A stretch of 64,000 nucleotides of DNA from Propionivibrio sp. (GCF_049316945.1 NZ_JBMOJE010000012.1:3752-67751), one strand, 5' to 3'; counted from the first letter of the stretch, positions 28,880 through 37,739 are shown. Notes: generated by a model not told the origin, from the sequence alone. Made by a program: numbers and translations.

Positions 28880-29569
28880 TTACGTCGAACCAGAGAATGC
28901 GGCGATTAGGCTTTTAACGTCTGTAGCGATTTGGCGATCCAGCGCGTCGAAGACATCAAACATCGGGGTGTCGTCTCTGTAGCGGTTGAACCATTCTTCG
29001 TTTGAGAAGGGCATCACCAAGTCTGCTTCGCGCTGAAGACGGTCAATTGCGGCATCGGCCCTGCGGTTACGGACGCCCTCATACTCGAAGGGCGTTACCA
29101 CGGCGGCAACCGTCACTGCCCCGGCATCACGGGCTGCACGCGACATGATCGGCGTAATGCCGCTACCGGTCCCGCCGCCAAGCCCGGCGAGCAGAACGAC
29201 CATGTCGGAACCGGTGAGCAATTCCGCCAAGACGGCCCGATGGCGAAAACAGGCTGCGCGTGCTGCATTGACTCGTCCGCCAGCACGGACCGGCGCGAGC
29301 ATCAGCGTCTTGATCGGTGCCAGCGCAGGATTGGCATCGTTGGCAATATCAACGAACTCCAACGCGTGCGGGCCGAGATCGATGCAAACATAGCTCAGTG
29401 CCACACCCGCTCGATCCAGAATGTTGCTCGCACGCAGCGCAGTGACAAGGTTGCATCCAGCGGCACCGATACCAATGATCTTGCATGAGGGTGCTGGCGA
29501 TGCGAAAGCGGGAAGACTCAGGCTGGCAATACCAGCGCCGAACGTTTGCAGGAAAATCCTGCGATTCAT
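28880..29569 (-). CDS. FtsZ/tubulin-like GTPase domain only (229 aa) with an N-terminal Tat-like signal peptide
   Basis: CKIIGIGAAGCN corresponds to the FtsZ G-box 1. GLGGGTGSG is the tubulin signature. VVTPFEYEG corresponds to FtsZ VTKPFxFEG. The protein ends right after the H7-like helix, before the T7 loop. The N-terminus MNRRIFLQTFGAGIASLSLPAFA matches the twin-arginine pattern. The RBS is GAGGGA. Confidence 0.75.
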   Translation of the reverse strand: MNRRIFLQTFGAGIASLSLPAFASPAPSCKIIGIGAAGCNLVTALRASNILDRAGVALSYVCIDLGPHALEFVDIANDANPALAPIKTLMLAPVRAGGRVNAARAACFRHRAVLAELLTGSDMVVLLAGLGGGTGSGITPIMSRAARDAGAVTVAAVVTPFEYEGVRNRRADAAIDRLQREADLVMPFSNEEWFNRYRDDTPMFDVFDALDRQIATDVKSLIAAFSGST

Positions 29570-29596
29570 GTTGGTTCCCTCGTAGTAGAGGCGCGA

Positions 29597-29836
29597 TTAC
29601 CAGTTGGCGAGTACCTCCTCGTCAGTGGGCGCACCTTGTTTGAATTTCGGAGGCGCGTCGTCTGCGGCGTAACCCGCATGAACGTCGCGCTCCTTGACAG
29701 GACGAATGACAATGTCCCCGGCGTCGGTGAGCCGCACAAACAAGTAATCGCCGGGACGCAGCCCGGTGCGCTCAATCACGTACTGGGGCAGGCGTAATCC
29801 CAGGCTGTTGCCCCACTTGCATAGTTTCGTCGGCAT
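29597..29836 (-). CDS. AbrB/MazE/SpoVT-family DNA-binding protein (antitoxin-like, 79 aa)
   Basis: MPTKLCKWGNSLGLRLPQYVIERTGLRPGDYLFV is the swapped-hairpin signature (WGNS-x-x-x-R-x-P). ATG 29836 is chosen, so the 31 extra codons in the ORF track are rejected. The gene ends 27 nt before the FtsZ-like start. Confidence 0.75.
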   Translation of the reverse strand: MPTKLCKWGNSLGLRLPQYVIERTGLRPGDYLFVRLTDAGDIVIRPVKERDVHAGYAADDAPPKFKQGAPTDEEVLANW

Positions 29837-29949
29837 GGCAGTTCGATAACCTCGCTGATAATCAATGGCTATCAAATTGCCAATCCGGGGTTCCTGAACA
29901 GATAGGCGTAACCGGCCTTGACCATGCACCGGTTACGCTACCGTCGGCC

Positions 29950-30450
29950 CTATTTGCCTTCTGGCCGCAGGGGCGTTACTCCGATGTGCCACGAAATCGG
30001 GAAGCCCTTGATGTCCATGCGCACGTGCTGTTCAGGGGGAACCCAGTACGCTGGGTCAATGCAGTACTCGACGTTGGGCTTGCCTGCCGCCCCTCGCTGT
30101 CGGATGAAGATCACGTGGCGACCGATCTCGGTTTCGGGGTTGTACTCGACCATGCCGATACAAACATCCGGGAGGGAGGCGATGCCGGCGCTCTCCTTGT
30201 ATACCGTCGCGGTGAAAGACCAGTTGGCGAGTAGCTTAGCGATCAGGACTTCGTCCATGATCGTGTAAGGACCATTTTTGGGAAACTTGAAACGGTCGAC
30301 AGCGACCTGACGAACCTCGGCCAGCGGACGATTGACGATCATGGCGATGCAGGCCAGCCAGCAATCGAACTCATTGGTCTGGGCGACGCGTTTAAACGCC
30401 GGCTGAAAACCCGTTGCCGGGGCTTGTGCTGCGGTGGGAGCGGTAGCCAT
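29950..30450 (-). CDS. stand-alone papain-like cysteine peptidase, C39-like
   Basis: AQTNEFDCWLACIAMI supplies the Gln and Cys. GRHVIFIRQ...YCIDPAY supplies the His and Asp, in the order and spacing of C39 bacteriocin-processing peptidase domains. A strong AAGGAGG RBS precedes ATG 30450. Confidence 0.65.
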   Translation of the reverse strand: MATAPTAAQAPATGFQPAFKRVAQTNEFDCWLACIAMIVNRPLAEVRQVAVDRFKFPKNGPYTIMDEVLIAKLLANWSFTATVYKESAGIASLPDVCIGMVEYNPETEIGRHVIFIRQRGAAGKPNVEYCIDPAYWVPPEQHVRMDIKGFPISWHIGVTPLRPEGK

Positions 30451-30871
30451 AAGGCCTCCTTGAAAAGTAGTGCGAGAAAAAAGCGCAGCACTACCCGCCC
30501 GATGGACGAGGCCTCGGGTTTGGTTTCAACGAGTAGGGAATTTGCCAGTCGGCGACGCCGTGCCCGATACGAATTCCGGGGGGCTGTCCGATCAAGCGAG
30601 TGATGCTGCGCAGTGAGTCACGTTTCGGTCTGCAAGCCAATGGCCTGCCGCAAACGTGACGAACGTAGTTTCGCCGAACCTGCCAAATTTTTCAGGACGG
30701 AAAAACTTCGCCGCTGACGCCGCCAAGATATTGCCCGTCCGGGCTACCCGGCTTGGGTGAACGCACATTCCTGGCTACACGTGTGTCTAGTGTGGGAAAA
30801 TACTCGATTAGTTATAGATTTAACGGCATCTTCTAGCCGAAAAATCACTGCAATCTATTGGCATATGTTGT

Positions 30872-30892
30872 TGACGGTATCGGTGACGGTAT
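30872..30892. repeat. Two direct TGACGGTAT copies (candidate attR / right-end binding sites)
   Basis: TGACGGTAT is at 30872-30880 and 30884-30892. CGGTGACGGTAT at 30881-30892 is identical to 1538-1549. Weaker similarity continues on both sides (ATTG..CAT..GTTG upstream, ATTGC..TAC downstream). Confidence 0.5.
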
Positions 30893-30987
30893 ACGACGTA
30901 TTGCCCTACTAAGCACCGCATGGATACTGAGTTATGAAGCAATTAAACATAATCGCACGCTACGTCGAGCGCATGCTCAACCCGGAC

Positions 30988-31023
30988 GCACCCGATGCAC
31001 CCGATGCACCCGATGCACCCGAC
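30988..31023. repeat. 9-bp tandem repeat GCACCCGAT x4 (last unit GCACCCGAC)
   Basis: Read directly from the sequence. It lies inside a 35-codon ORF (30934-31041) and encodes (DAP)n. It ends 18 nt before the ribBA start. Confidence 0.9.
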
Positions 31024-31041
31024 TCCCCGGAGGCTCAGTAA

Positions 31042-32169
31042 ATGTCACCCCTAAGCAGATCACCGGCCATTGCCTCGATCGAAGAAATCATCGTCGAAAT
31101 GCGTGCCGGGCGCATGGTCATCCTGGTTGATGAGGAAGATCGTGAAAATGAGGGCGACCTCGTCCTGGCCGCCGAACACGTCACGGCGGAAGCCATCAAC
31201 TTTATGGCCAAGCATGCTCGCGGCCTGATTTGCCTGACGCTGAACGAGGCGCGCTGCAAGCAGATCGGCCTGACGCAGATGGCGCGCGACAACAAGAGCG
31301 CCTACAGCACGGCCTTCACCGTCTCGATCGAAGCTGCGAGCGGTGTCACCACCGGCATCTCGGCGCAGGACAGGGCGCGCACGATTCAGGTGGCCGTGGC
31401 ACGCGACGCGCGGCCGGAAGATATCGTTCAGCCAGGTCACATTTTCCCGATCACTGCCAAAGCCGGCGGCGTGCTGGTTCGTGCTGGCCACACCGAGGCT
31501 GGTTGCGATCTGGCCCAGATCGCCGGACTGGAGCCTTCGTCGGTCATTTGTGAAATCCTCAAGGACGATGGCTCGATGGCCCGTCTGCCCGATCTGATCG
31601 AGTTTGCGCGTGAGCATGGCCTGAAGATCGGCACCATTGCCGACCTGATCAATTTCCGTAGCCGCAACGAAACACTGATTGAGCGCACTTTCTCCAAGCC
31701 AGTTAAGTCCGTGCACGGGGAATTCACCCTGCATGCTTATTCCGACCGAACCTCTAATGAAGTTCATCTGGCGCTGACCAAGGGTGAGATTCGCCCGGAT
31801 CGGGAAACGCTGGTGCGGGTGCATGAACCGCTGTCGGTACTCGATTTTCTCGACCCGTCCAGCGGACGTCACAGCTTTTCCCTCGACCAGGCGCAGAAAG
31901 CGCTGGCGCAAGCCGAATCGGGTGTCATCGTTCTCCTGCGCCGTCCGGAAACCTGCCACGACATTCTGGCGGCGCTTAGCGAGCAATCGCCCGCGCAGCG
32001 CCCGGCAGCGAAATGGGACCCGCGCATCTATGGCATCGGCGCACAGATCCTGCGCGATATCGGCGTACGCAAGATGAGGCTGCTGGCCAGCCCGCGCCGC
32101 ATGCCGAGCGTCATGGGTTTCGACCTCGAAGTGACCGGTTACATCGCCACGCCGGCCGAACTCGAATGA
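31042..32169 (+). CDS. ribBA: bifunctional 3,4-dihydroxy-2-butanone-4-phosphate synthase / GTP cyclohydrolase II-like protein
   Basis: GRMVILVDEEDRENEGDLVLAAE is the DHBP synthase signature. A C-terminal GCHII-like domain follows. The gene sits in rib operon context. Confidence 0.9.
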   Translation: MSPLSRSPAIASIEEIIVEMRAGRMVILVDEEDRENEGDLVLAAEHVTAEAINFMAKHARGLICLTLNEARCKQIGLTQMARDNKSAYSTAFTVSIEAASGVTTGISAQDRARTIQVAVARDARPEDIVQPGHIFPITAKAGGVLVRAGHTEAGCDLAQIAGLEPSSVICEILKDDGSMARLPDLIEFAREHGLKIGTIADLINFRSRNETLIERTFSKPVKSVHGEFTLHAYSDRTSNEVHLALTKGEIRPDRETLVRVHEPLSVLDFLDPSSGRHSFSLDQAQKALAQAESGVIVLLRRPETCHDILAALSEQSPAQRPAAKWDPRIYGIGAQILRDIGVRKMRLLASPRRMPSVMGFDLEVTGYIATPAELE

Positions 32170-32208
32170 TCCGATCCGAATTCCCGGAAATTATCAGAAA
32201 GCGCTGAC

Positions 32209-32691
32209 ATGGCCCGCTACGAAAACAGTTACGAATACGAAACCGTGCTAGTTGGTGCTGGCCTCACCGTCGGCATCGTCATGAGCCGCTTCAATCAGGA
32301 TGTCTGCGAAGGCCTGCTTGCGGCCTGCACGACTGAGCTCAAGCACCTTGGAGTCGCCGAATGCGCTATCGAGATCGCCACCGTTCCCGGCGCGCTGGAA
32401 ATTCCGCTTGTTTTGCAAACAATGGCGCAAAGCGACCGCTATGATGCCCTGATCGCACTCGGCGCCGTTATTCGCGGAGATACCTATCACTTCGAGGTGG
32501 TTTCCAACGATTCCTGCCGTGCCGTCATGGAAGTGCAACTGGATACCGGCATCCCTGTTGCCAACGGTATCCTGACCTGTGAAGACGACGATCAGGCGCT
32601 GGCGCGCATGCAGGTGAAGGGCTCTGACTGTGCCCGCACTGCTGTCGAGATGGCCAACCTGCTGCGCGTAATTGGAGAAAGACCTTCATGA
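32209..32691 (+). CDS. ribH: 6,7-dimethyl-8-ribityllumazine synthase
   Basis: The size (160 aa), [14 protein letters not shown] and [12 protein letters not shown] motifs match. It sits between ribBA and nusB. Confidence 0.9.
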   Translation: MARYENSYEYETVLVGAGLTVGIVMSRFNQDVCEGLLAACTTELKHLGVAECAIEIATVPGALEIPLVLQTMAQSDRYDALIALGAVIRGDTYHFEVVSNDSCRAVMEVQLDTGIPVANGILTCEDDDQALARMQVKGSDCARTAVEMANLLRVIGERPS

Positions 32692-33200
32692 GTAAAACGC
32701 CAATAAGTACGCCTGGTGCAGAAAATCCTGTCAAACCCGCTCCAAAACCAACCGCCAAATCACCACGTCGCCGAGCTCGCGAGTTTGCCCTGCAAGGCCT
32801 CTACCAATGGCAGATCAGCGGCAATGACGAGGCCTCGATTGAAGCGCATCTGGCCGATATCGCCGGTTTTGACAAGGCAGATCGCCAGTTTTTCGTCGCT
32901 CTGCTGCGTGGCGTCCTTGTCCAGTATGCTGCTTTGCAGGAACAACTCCAGGCGCACCTCGACCGCCCCTTCAAGGAGCTTTCGCCTGTTGAGGCCAGCG
33001 TATTGCTGGCGGGGGCCTATGAGCTCGCCAACTACCCGCAAACCCCTTATCGCGTGATCATCAATGAAGCCATCGAACTGGCCAAGAGTTTCGGCGGCAC
33101 CGATGGCCACAAGTACGTCAATGGCGTCCTCGACAAGCTGGCCGCCAAACTGCGCCCGGTTGAAGTCGAAGCCAAACGCGCTGCGCGGGTTAGAAGCTAA
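32688..33200 (+). CDS. nusB: transcription antitermination factor NusB (with an N-terminal basic extension)
   Basis: [15 protein letters not shown] and later NusB helices are present. The ATGA overlap with ribH is canonical synteny. Confidence 0.9.
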   Translation: MSKTPISTPGAENPVKPAPKPTAKSPRRRAREFALQGLYQWQISGNDEASIEAHLADIAGFDKADRQFFVALLRGVLVQYAALQEQLQAHLDRPFKELSPVEASVLLAGAYELANYPQTPYRVIINEAIELAKSFGGTDGHKYVNGVLDKLAAKLRPVEVEAKRAARVRS

Positions 33201-33210
33201 GCGCCTTTGT

Positions 33211-33296
33211 CACAGAGTGCACAGAGGCACTGAGTTCACAGAGAGAAGCATGTTTGGTCTTGCCTCCATGATCTCTGTGCCTCTGTGCGCTCTGTG
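33211..33296. repeat. REP-like palindromic element (CACAGAG / GCACAGAGGCAC units)
   Basis: CACAGAGTGCACAGAGGCAC (33211-33230) pairs with GTGCCTCTGTGCGCTCTGTG (33277-33296), which is its reverse complement with one mismatch. The element is intergenic between nusB and thiL. Confidence 0.75.
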
Positions 33297-33313
33297 TTGA
33301 AAGAGTCTGCTCC

Positions 33314-34279
33314 ATGCCGCCCTCCGAATTCGACCTGATCGCCCGCTACTTCACCAAGCCGACACCACAAGCCGTCCTCGGCCCCGGTGACGACTGCGCG
33401 TTGCTGGCGCCTTCGCCGGGGATGGAACTGGCGATCACGACCGACATGCTGGTCTCCGGCACGCATTTTCTGCCGGACACCGATCCGTGCCAGTTAGGCT
33501 GGAAAACACTGGCTGTCAACCTTTCCGATCTCGCTGCGATGGGCGCCAGGCCACGCTGGGTATTACTTGCCGGTAGTCTGCCGGACGCTGATGAGAACTG
33601 GATTGCCGCCTTCGCAGACGGCCTCTTTGTCTGTGCCAGACGCTACGGCGTCGACCTTGTCGGAGGCGACACGACGCGTGGTCCGCTCAATCTGTGCATC
33701 ACGGCGCTTGGCGAGGTTCCGGCCGGTGCCGCGCTACGCCGTGACGGGGCGCTGGCCGGTGATGACCTGTGGGTTTCCGGCCAGCCGGGATTGGCCGCGT
33801 TAGGCCTCGCACAAATTCAAGGCCGGACGCAATTGCCGCAAGCACTCGCTGCCCGCTGCATCGCTGCCCTGCAAAAACCGACACCGCGCATTGAGCTTGG
33901 GCTGGCCTTGCGTGACAGAAAGCTGGCGCATGCCACCATTGACGTCTCGGATGGCCTGCTCGCCGATCTCGGTCATATAGCCGATCGTTCCGGGGTTGAT
34001 GCCGAGGTTTTCCAGACTCAACTTCCTTACCTGCCTGCGGGGGCCGATCCCTTGCTGGCCCGCCACTGTCAATTGGCCGGCGGCGACGACTACGAACTGG
34101 TGTTTGCCGCGCCACCCGACAAGCGCCATGAACTGGCCGAACTGGCCGCTCAACTCGATCTGCCGCTGTGGCGCATCGGTCGTATTATTGAAGGCAAGGG
34201 TGAAGTACGCCTGCTCGACGAAAACGGGCAGACATTACCCATGACACGCAAAGGATTTGATCATTTTGGTCAAGATTAA
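33314..34279 (+). CDS. thiL: thiamine-monophosphate kinase
   Basis: SEFDLIARYF, GDDCALL and the AIR-synthase-like fold pattern are present. Its position after nusB is conserved synteny. Confidence 0.9.
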   Translation: MPPSEFDLIARYFTKPTPQAVLGPGDDCALLAPSPGMELAITTDMLVSGTHFLPDTDPCQLGWKTLAVNLSDLAAMGARPRWVLLAGSLPDADENWIAAFADGLFVCARRYGVDLVGGDTTRGPLNLCITALGEVPAGAALRRDGALAGDDLWVSGQPGLAALGLAQIQGRTQLPQALAARCIAALQKPTPRIELGLALRDRKLAHATIDVSDGLLADLGHIADRSGVDAEVFQTQLPYLPAGADPLLARHCQLAGGDDYELVFAAPPDKRHELAELAAQLDLPLWRIGRIIEGKGEVRLLDENGQTLPMTRKGFDHFGQD

Positions 34280-34763
34280 ATGTAATCCGCCATCGCTCCG
34301 CTTCCTCTTTTCGCATCCGGCGCATCTGGTTGCTTGCGGATTCGGCAGCGGCCTGTCGCCCTTTGCGCCGGGTACCGTCGGCACCCTGTTCGCCTGGGCA
34401 TCCTTCCCGTTGCTCAGACCGTGGATGAACGACTTCGAACTGCTCGCTTTACTTGTTGTCTGCTTCATCGGCGGCGTGCTGGCCGCGCACCGGACGGGCG
34501 CCGATCTCGGCGTCATTGATCATGGCAGCATCGTCTGGGACGAGATCGTCCCTTTCTGGATGGTGCTGGTGTTTTGTCCGGCGGGATGGCTGTGGCAAAC
34601 CACAGCGTTCTTTCTCTTCCGCTTTTTCGACATCGTCAAGCCGCAACCTGCGCGCTACTTTGACGAGAAGGTCAAGAACGGTTTCGGTGTAATGACCGAC
34701 GACCTGATCGCTGCCGGTTACACGGTGCTTGTACTCGCCATCCTGCAATTCATTCTCAAATGA
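34257..34763 (+). CDS. pgpA: phosphatidylglycerophosphatase A
   Basis: GFGSGLSPFAPGTVGTL is the PgpA signature and the protein is membrane-embedded. The start is uncertain: TTG 34257 as in the ORF track, overlapping the thiL end. Confidence 0.8.
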   Translation: MIILVKIKCNPPSLRFLFSHPAHLVACGFGSGLSPFAPGTVGTLFAWASFPLLRPWMNDFELLALLVVCFIGGVLAAHRTGADLGVIDHGSIVWDEIVPFWMVLVFCPAGWLWQTTAFFLFRFFDIVKPQPARYFDEKVKNGFGVMTDDLIAAGYTVLVLAILQFILK

Positions 34764-35260
34764 ATCAGCAAGAACTGGAGGCTCTTGCCGCACAGGTTGG
34801 CTCGCTGTTTGAGGCCAATGGCCAGAAACTGGTTACGGCCGAGTCGTGTACCGGAGGCTGGGTTGCGCAATGCCTGACAGCCGTACCCGGCAGTTCGGCA
34901 TGGTTTGATCGTGGCTTCATAACCTACTCGAATGCTGCCAAGCACGAAATGCTTGATGTCGAATTCGACACCCTGAATACTCACGGTGCAGTCAGTGAAG
35001 CAACCGCAGCGGCCATGGCCGCTGGAGCACTCTGCCACAGTCAAGGTGACTGGGCCCTGGCGATCACCGGAGTCGCCGGACCAAGCGGAGGTTCGCCCGA
35101 TAAGCCCGTCGGCACCGTCTGTTTCAGTTGGGCTGGAGCGGAAGGCAGGATCGACACCCAGACTTGCCACTTCAAAGGCTGTCGCGAGGAGGTACGCGCA
35201 CAGTCGGTCGAGCATGCACTTTCGGGAGTTCTCAGGCGCGCACAGATAATGAGCGCATAG
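34760..35260 (+). CDS. pncC: nicotinamide-nucleotide amidohydrolase (CinA C-terminal domain family)
   Basis: TAESCTGGW and ITGVAGPSGGSPDKPVGTV motifs are present. It sits immediately upstream of recA, as in many proteobacteria. Confidence 0.85.
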   Translation: MNQQELEALAAQVGSLFEANGQKLVTAESCTGGWVAQCLTAVPGSSAWFDRGFITYSNAAKHEMLDVEFDTLNTHGAVSEATAAAMAAGALCHSQGDWALAITGVAGPSGGSPDKPVGTVCFSWAGAEGRIDTQTCHFKGCREEVRAQSVEHALSGVLRRAQIMSA

Positions 35261-35338
35261 CGAGATCGGACAAAATAACGGCAGAGCTAGCCGAAAATAA
35301 GTCCGTCCAGAAAGACAATGCCAATCATGACTCGAATG

Positions 35339-35354
35339 CTGTATATAATGTCAG
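35339..35354. promoter_or_regulatory. candidate LexA (SOS) box upstream of recA
   Basis: CTGTATATAATGTCAG fits CTG-N10-CAG and differs from CTGT-N8-ACAG at one position. It lies 70 nt upstream of the recA ATG. Confidence 0.6.
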
Positions 35355-35423
35355 TACTCGACACCTGCAGGCTTACCTGTCGAACATGAGATAATTCCCG
35401 TCAATAAAGACAAAGGACACGTA

Positions 35424-36443
35424 ATGGACGACAACAAGGCAAAAGCGCTGGCGGCAGCGTTGGCTCAGATCGAAAAGCAGTTCGGCAAAGGCTCAATCAT
35501 GAAGATGGGCGACGGCAGTGTTGCCAACGACATTCAGGTCGTGTCCACCGGGTCGCTCGGGCTTGACATCGCACTTGGCATCGGCGGCCTGCCGCGTGGT
35601 CGCGTGGTCGAAATCTACGGCCCTGAATCTTCCGGCAAAACGACACTGACGTTGCAGGTCATCGCCGAAATGCAAAAGCTTGGCGGCACCGCTGCTTTCA
35701 TTGACGCCGAACACGCTCTCGATCCGACTTACGCCCAGAAACTTGGCGTCAATCTTCAAGAGCTCCTGATTTCACAACCGGATACCGGCGAACAAGCGCT
35801 CGAGATTACCGACATGCTGGTCCGTTCGGCGAGCGTGGACGTCATTGTCATCGACTCGGTCGCAGCCCTCGTACCGAAAGCCGAAATCGAAGGCGAGATG
35901 GGCGATTCGCTGCCCGGCCTGCAAGCCCGCCTGATGAGTCAGGCGCTGCGCAAGCTCACGGCAAACATCAACCGGACCAACACGCTGGTGATCTTTATCA
36001 ACCAGATCCGCATGAAAATCGGCGTCATGTTCGGTAGCCCGGAAACCACGACTGGCGGTAATGCGCTAAAGTTTTACGCTTCGGTACGCCTTGATATTCG
36101 CCGTATTGGCGGCATCAAGAAAGGCGACGAGGTTATCGGCAACGAAACACGCGTCAAGGTCGTCAAGAACAAGGTTGCACCGCCTTTCCGTGAAGCCATT
36201 TTCGACATTCTTTATGGTGAAGGCACCTCGCGTGAAGGCGAAATCGTCGAGTTGGGCGTCATCCACAAACTGGTCGAGAAATCAGGCTCCTGGTACGCCT
36301 ACAATGGTGAAAAAATAGGTCAGGGCAAAGACAACGCCCGCGAATATCTCAAAGCCAACCCGAAAATCGCTGAGGAGATCGAGGCCAGGATTCGTGCTGC
36401 GGTGAATGTCCCTTCGCCCAAGCCGATCAACGCCACCGAGTAA
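35424..36443 (+). CDS. recA: recombinase RecA
   Basis: Unambiguous RecA sequence ([49 protein letters not shown]). Confidence 0.98.
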   Translation: MDDNKAKALAAALAQIEKQFGKGSIMKMGDGSVANDIQVVSTGSLGLDIALGIGGLPRGRVVEIYGPESSGKTTLTLQVIAEMQKLGGTAAFIDAEHALDPTYAQKLGVNLQELLISQPDTGEQALEITDMLVRSASVDVIVIDSVAALVPKAEIEGEMGDSLPGLQARLMSQALRKLTANINRTNTLVIFINQIRMKIGVMFGSPETTTGGNALKFYASVRLDIRRIGGIKKGDEVIGNETRVKVVKNKVAPPFREAIFDILYGEGTSREGEIVELGVIHKLVEKSGSWYAYNGEKIGQGKDNAREYLKANPKIAEEIEARIRAAVNVPSPKPINATE

Positions 36444-36449
36444 TCTGCC

Positions 36450-36896
36450 ATGAGCAGCACGCTGCGCGAGCGTGCCTTGCGGTTGCTGGCACGCCGCGAA
36501 TACGCCCGAGCCGGATTGGCACGCAAGCTCTCGTCGTACGCCGAGTCTGCAGAAGAACTTGGGGCGTTGCTTGATGGCCTGAGCGCGCGAGGAGTGCTTT
36601 CCGACGAGCGCTACGTTGAAATGCGAATTAACGCTCGCGGAGCACGGTTCGGAAATGCCCGTTTGGCATACGAACTGCGCACTCAGGGCGTATCCGAGGA
36701 ACTGGTTGCTGCCGCATTAGCTACCAATGTTGATGAATTGACACGAGCGCGCCAAGTCTGGCAACGTAAGTTCGGGGACAAGTCCGGGGCAGTTGATGCA
36801 GCCGGGCGAGCACGACAGACGCGTTTTTTGATGAGCCGGGGATTTTCCGGGGAAACTATCCGTCGCGTATTGCGCGGCGATTTTGAAGACGATTGA
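36450..36896 (+). CDS. recX: recombination regulator RecX
   Basis: It lies directly downstream of recA. The ALRLLARREY start and three-repeat helical pattern are present. Confidence 0.85.
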   Translation: MSSTLRERALRLLARREYARAGLARKLSSYAESAEELGALLDGLSARGVLSDERYVEMRINARGARFGNARLAYELRTQGVSEELVAAALATNVDELTRARQVWQRKFGDKSGAVDAAGRARQTRFLMSRGFSGETIRRVLRGDFEDD

Positions 36897-36899
36897 ACG

Positions 36900-37661
36900 A
36901 TGTCTGAAATGACTGCCAGCATTAGCACGCAGAGTACGAAGAGTACTCTTTCCACGCATAACCTGAAAAAGCGCTACAAGAAGCGTACGGTGGTTGAGGA
37001 CGTGTCGGTCGAGGTGGGTAGTGGCGAAGTGGTCGGCCTGCTCGGCCCGAACGGTGCGGGGAAAACGACCGTTTTTTACATGGTGGTCGGTCTGGTTGCC
37101 TGTGATGGCGGTGACGTTTATATCGATGACAAGAAAATCACCCACCTGCCCATTCACCAGCGCGCGAAACTCGGTGTTTCCTACCTGCCGCAGGAAGCTT
37201 CGGTTTTTCGCAAACTGACGGTCATTGAGAACATCAAGGCGGTTCTGGAACTGCAGAATCTGGCGCCTGACGAGATTGAGCGACGTGCAGAACGTCTACT
37301 CGAAGAACTGCATATCAGTCATATCCGCAACAGCTCGGCCGCCTCACTCTCAGGTGGCGAACGTCGAAGGGTTGAAATTGCTCGCGCGCTGTCGACCGAG
37401 CCGCGCTTCATTCTGCTCGACGAACCCTTTGCTGGCGTTGATCCCATTGCCGTGCTGGATATCCAGAAAATCATCCGCTTTCTCAAGGAGCGCAATATTG
37501 GCGTCCTGATTACGGACCATAACGTTCGTGAGACCCTGGGCATTTGTGATCACGCCTACATTCTCAACGAAGGCAGCGTTCTCGCCGCTGGCAGACCCGA
37601 TGAAATCATTTATAATGAAAACGTACGGAAGGTTTATCTAGGCGAGAATTTCCGTCTCTGA
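36900..37661 (+). CDS. lptB: LPS export ABC transporter ATP-binding protein
   Basis: Walker [10 protein letters not shown], signature LSGGERRR and Walker B ILLDEP are present. It sits immediately upstream of rpoN, which is canonical synteny. Confidence 0.9.
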   Translation: MSEMTASISTQSTKSTLSTHNLKKRYKKRTVVEDVSVEVGSGEVVGLLGPNGAGKTTVFYMVVGLVACDGGDVYIDDKKITHLPIHQRAKLGVSYLPQEASVFRKLTVIENIKAVLELQNLAPDEIERRAERLLEELHISHIRNSSAASLSGGERRRVEIARALSTEPRFILLDEPFAGVDPIAVLDIQKIIRFLKERNIGVLITDHNVRETLGICDHAYILNEGSVLAAGRPDEIIYNENVRKVYLGENFRL

Positions 37662-37739
37662 GCCTGCCGCTTGCTCCTCCTGATTCCCTGAACGAAACGA
37701 GTAGCATCCTCCAATCCGGCGGCCGGTTCGGCTCCGTAA

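Larger units (their letters stand above)
1465..30892. mobile_element. Integrase-bearing genomic island (~29.4 kb) inserted between ribE and ribBA
   Basis: A P4-type int sits at the left edge, followed by alpA and a primase-like gene. Accessory and defence cargo follows. The 12-nt CGGTGACGGTAT plus extra TGACGGTAT copies occur at both ends (1538-1549 and 30872-30892). Flanking ribE and ribBA are normally neighbours in one operon. Boundaries are approximate. Confidence 0.7.

Noticed and set aside
30988-31023. Possible CRISPR or other array (also the 30-nt repeats at about 56340-56440)
   Set aside because: The first is a 9-bp tandem repeat with no spacers. The second is the coding KKPEPKKEEP repeat of TolA. 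Neither has CRISPR repeat-spacer architecture, and no cas genes are present.
30893-31041. FMN riboswitch expected upstream of ribBA
   Set aside because: No RFN-like conserved core was visible between the island end and the ribBA ATG. This was not confirmed computationally.
30858-31130. 90-aa plus-strand ORF spanning the island right-end repeats and the ribBA start
   Set aside because: It runs through the TGACGGTAT repeats and the 9-bp tandem repeat in a frame giving RCTRCTRCT, and it overlaps the true ribBA start out of frame.
31060-31986. 308-aa minus-strand ORF
   Set aside because: It is antisense to the unmistakable ribBA gene and has shadow-frame composition.
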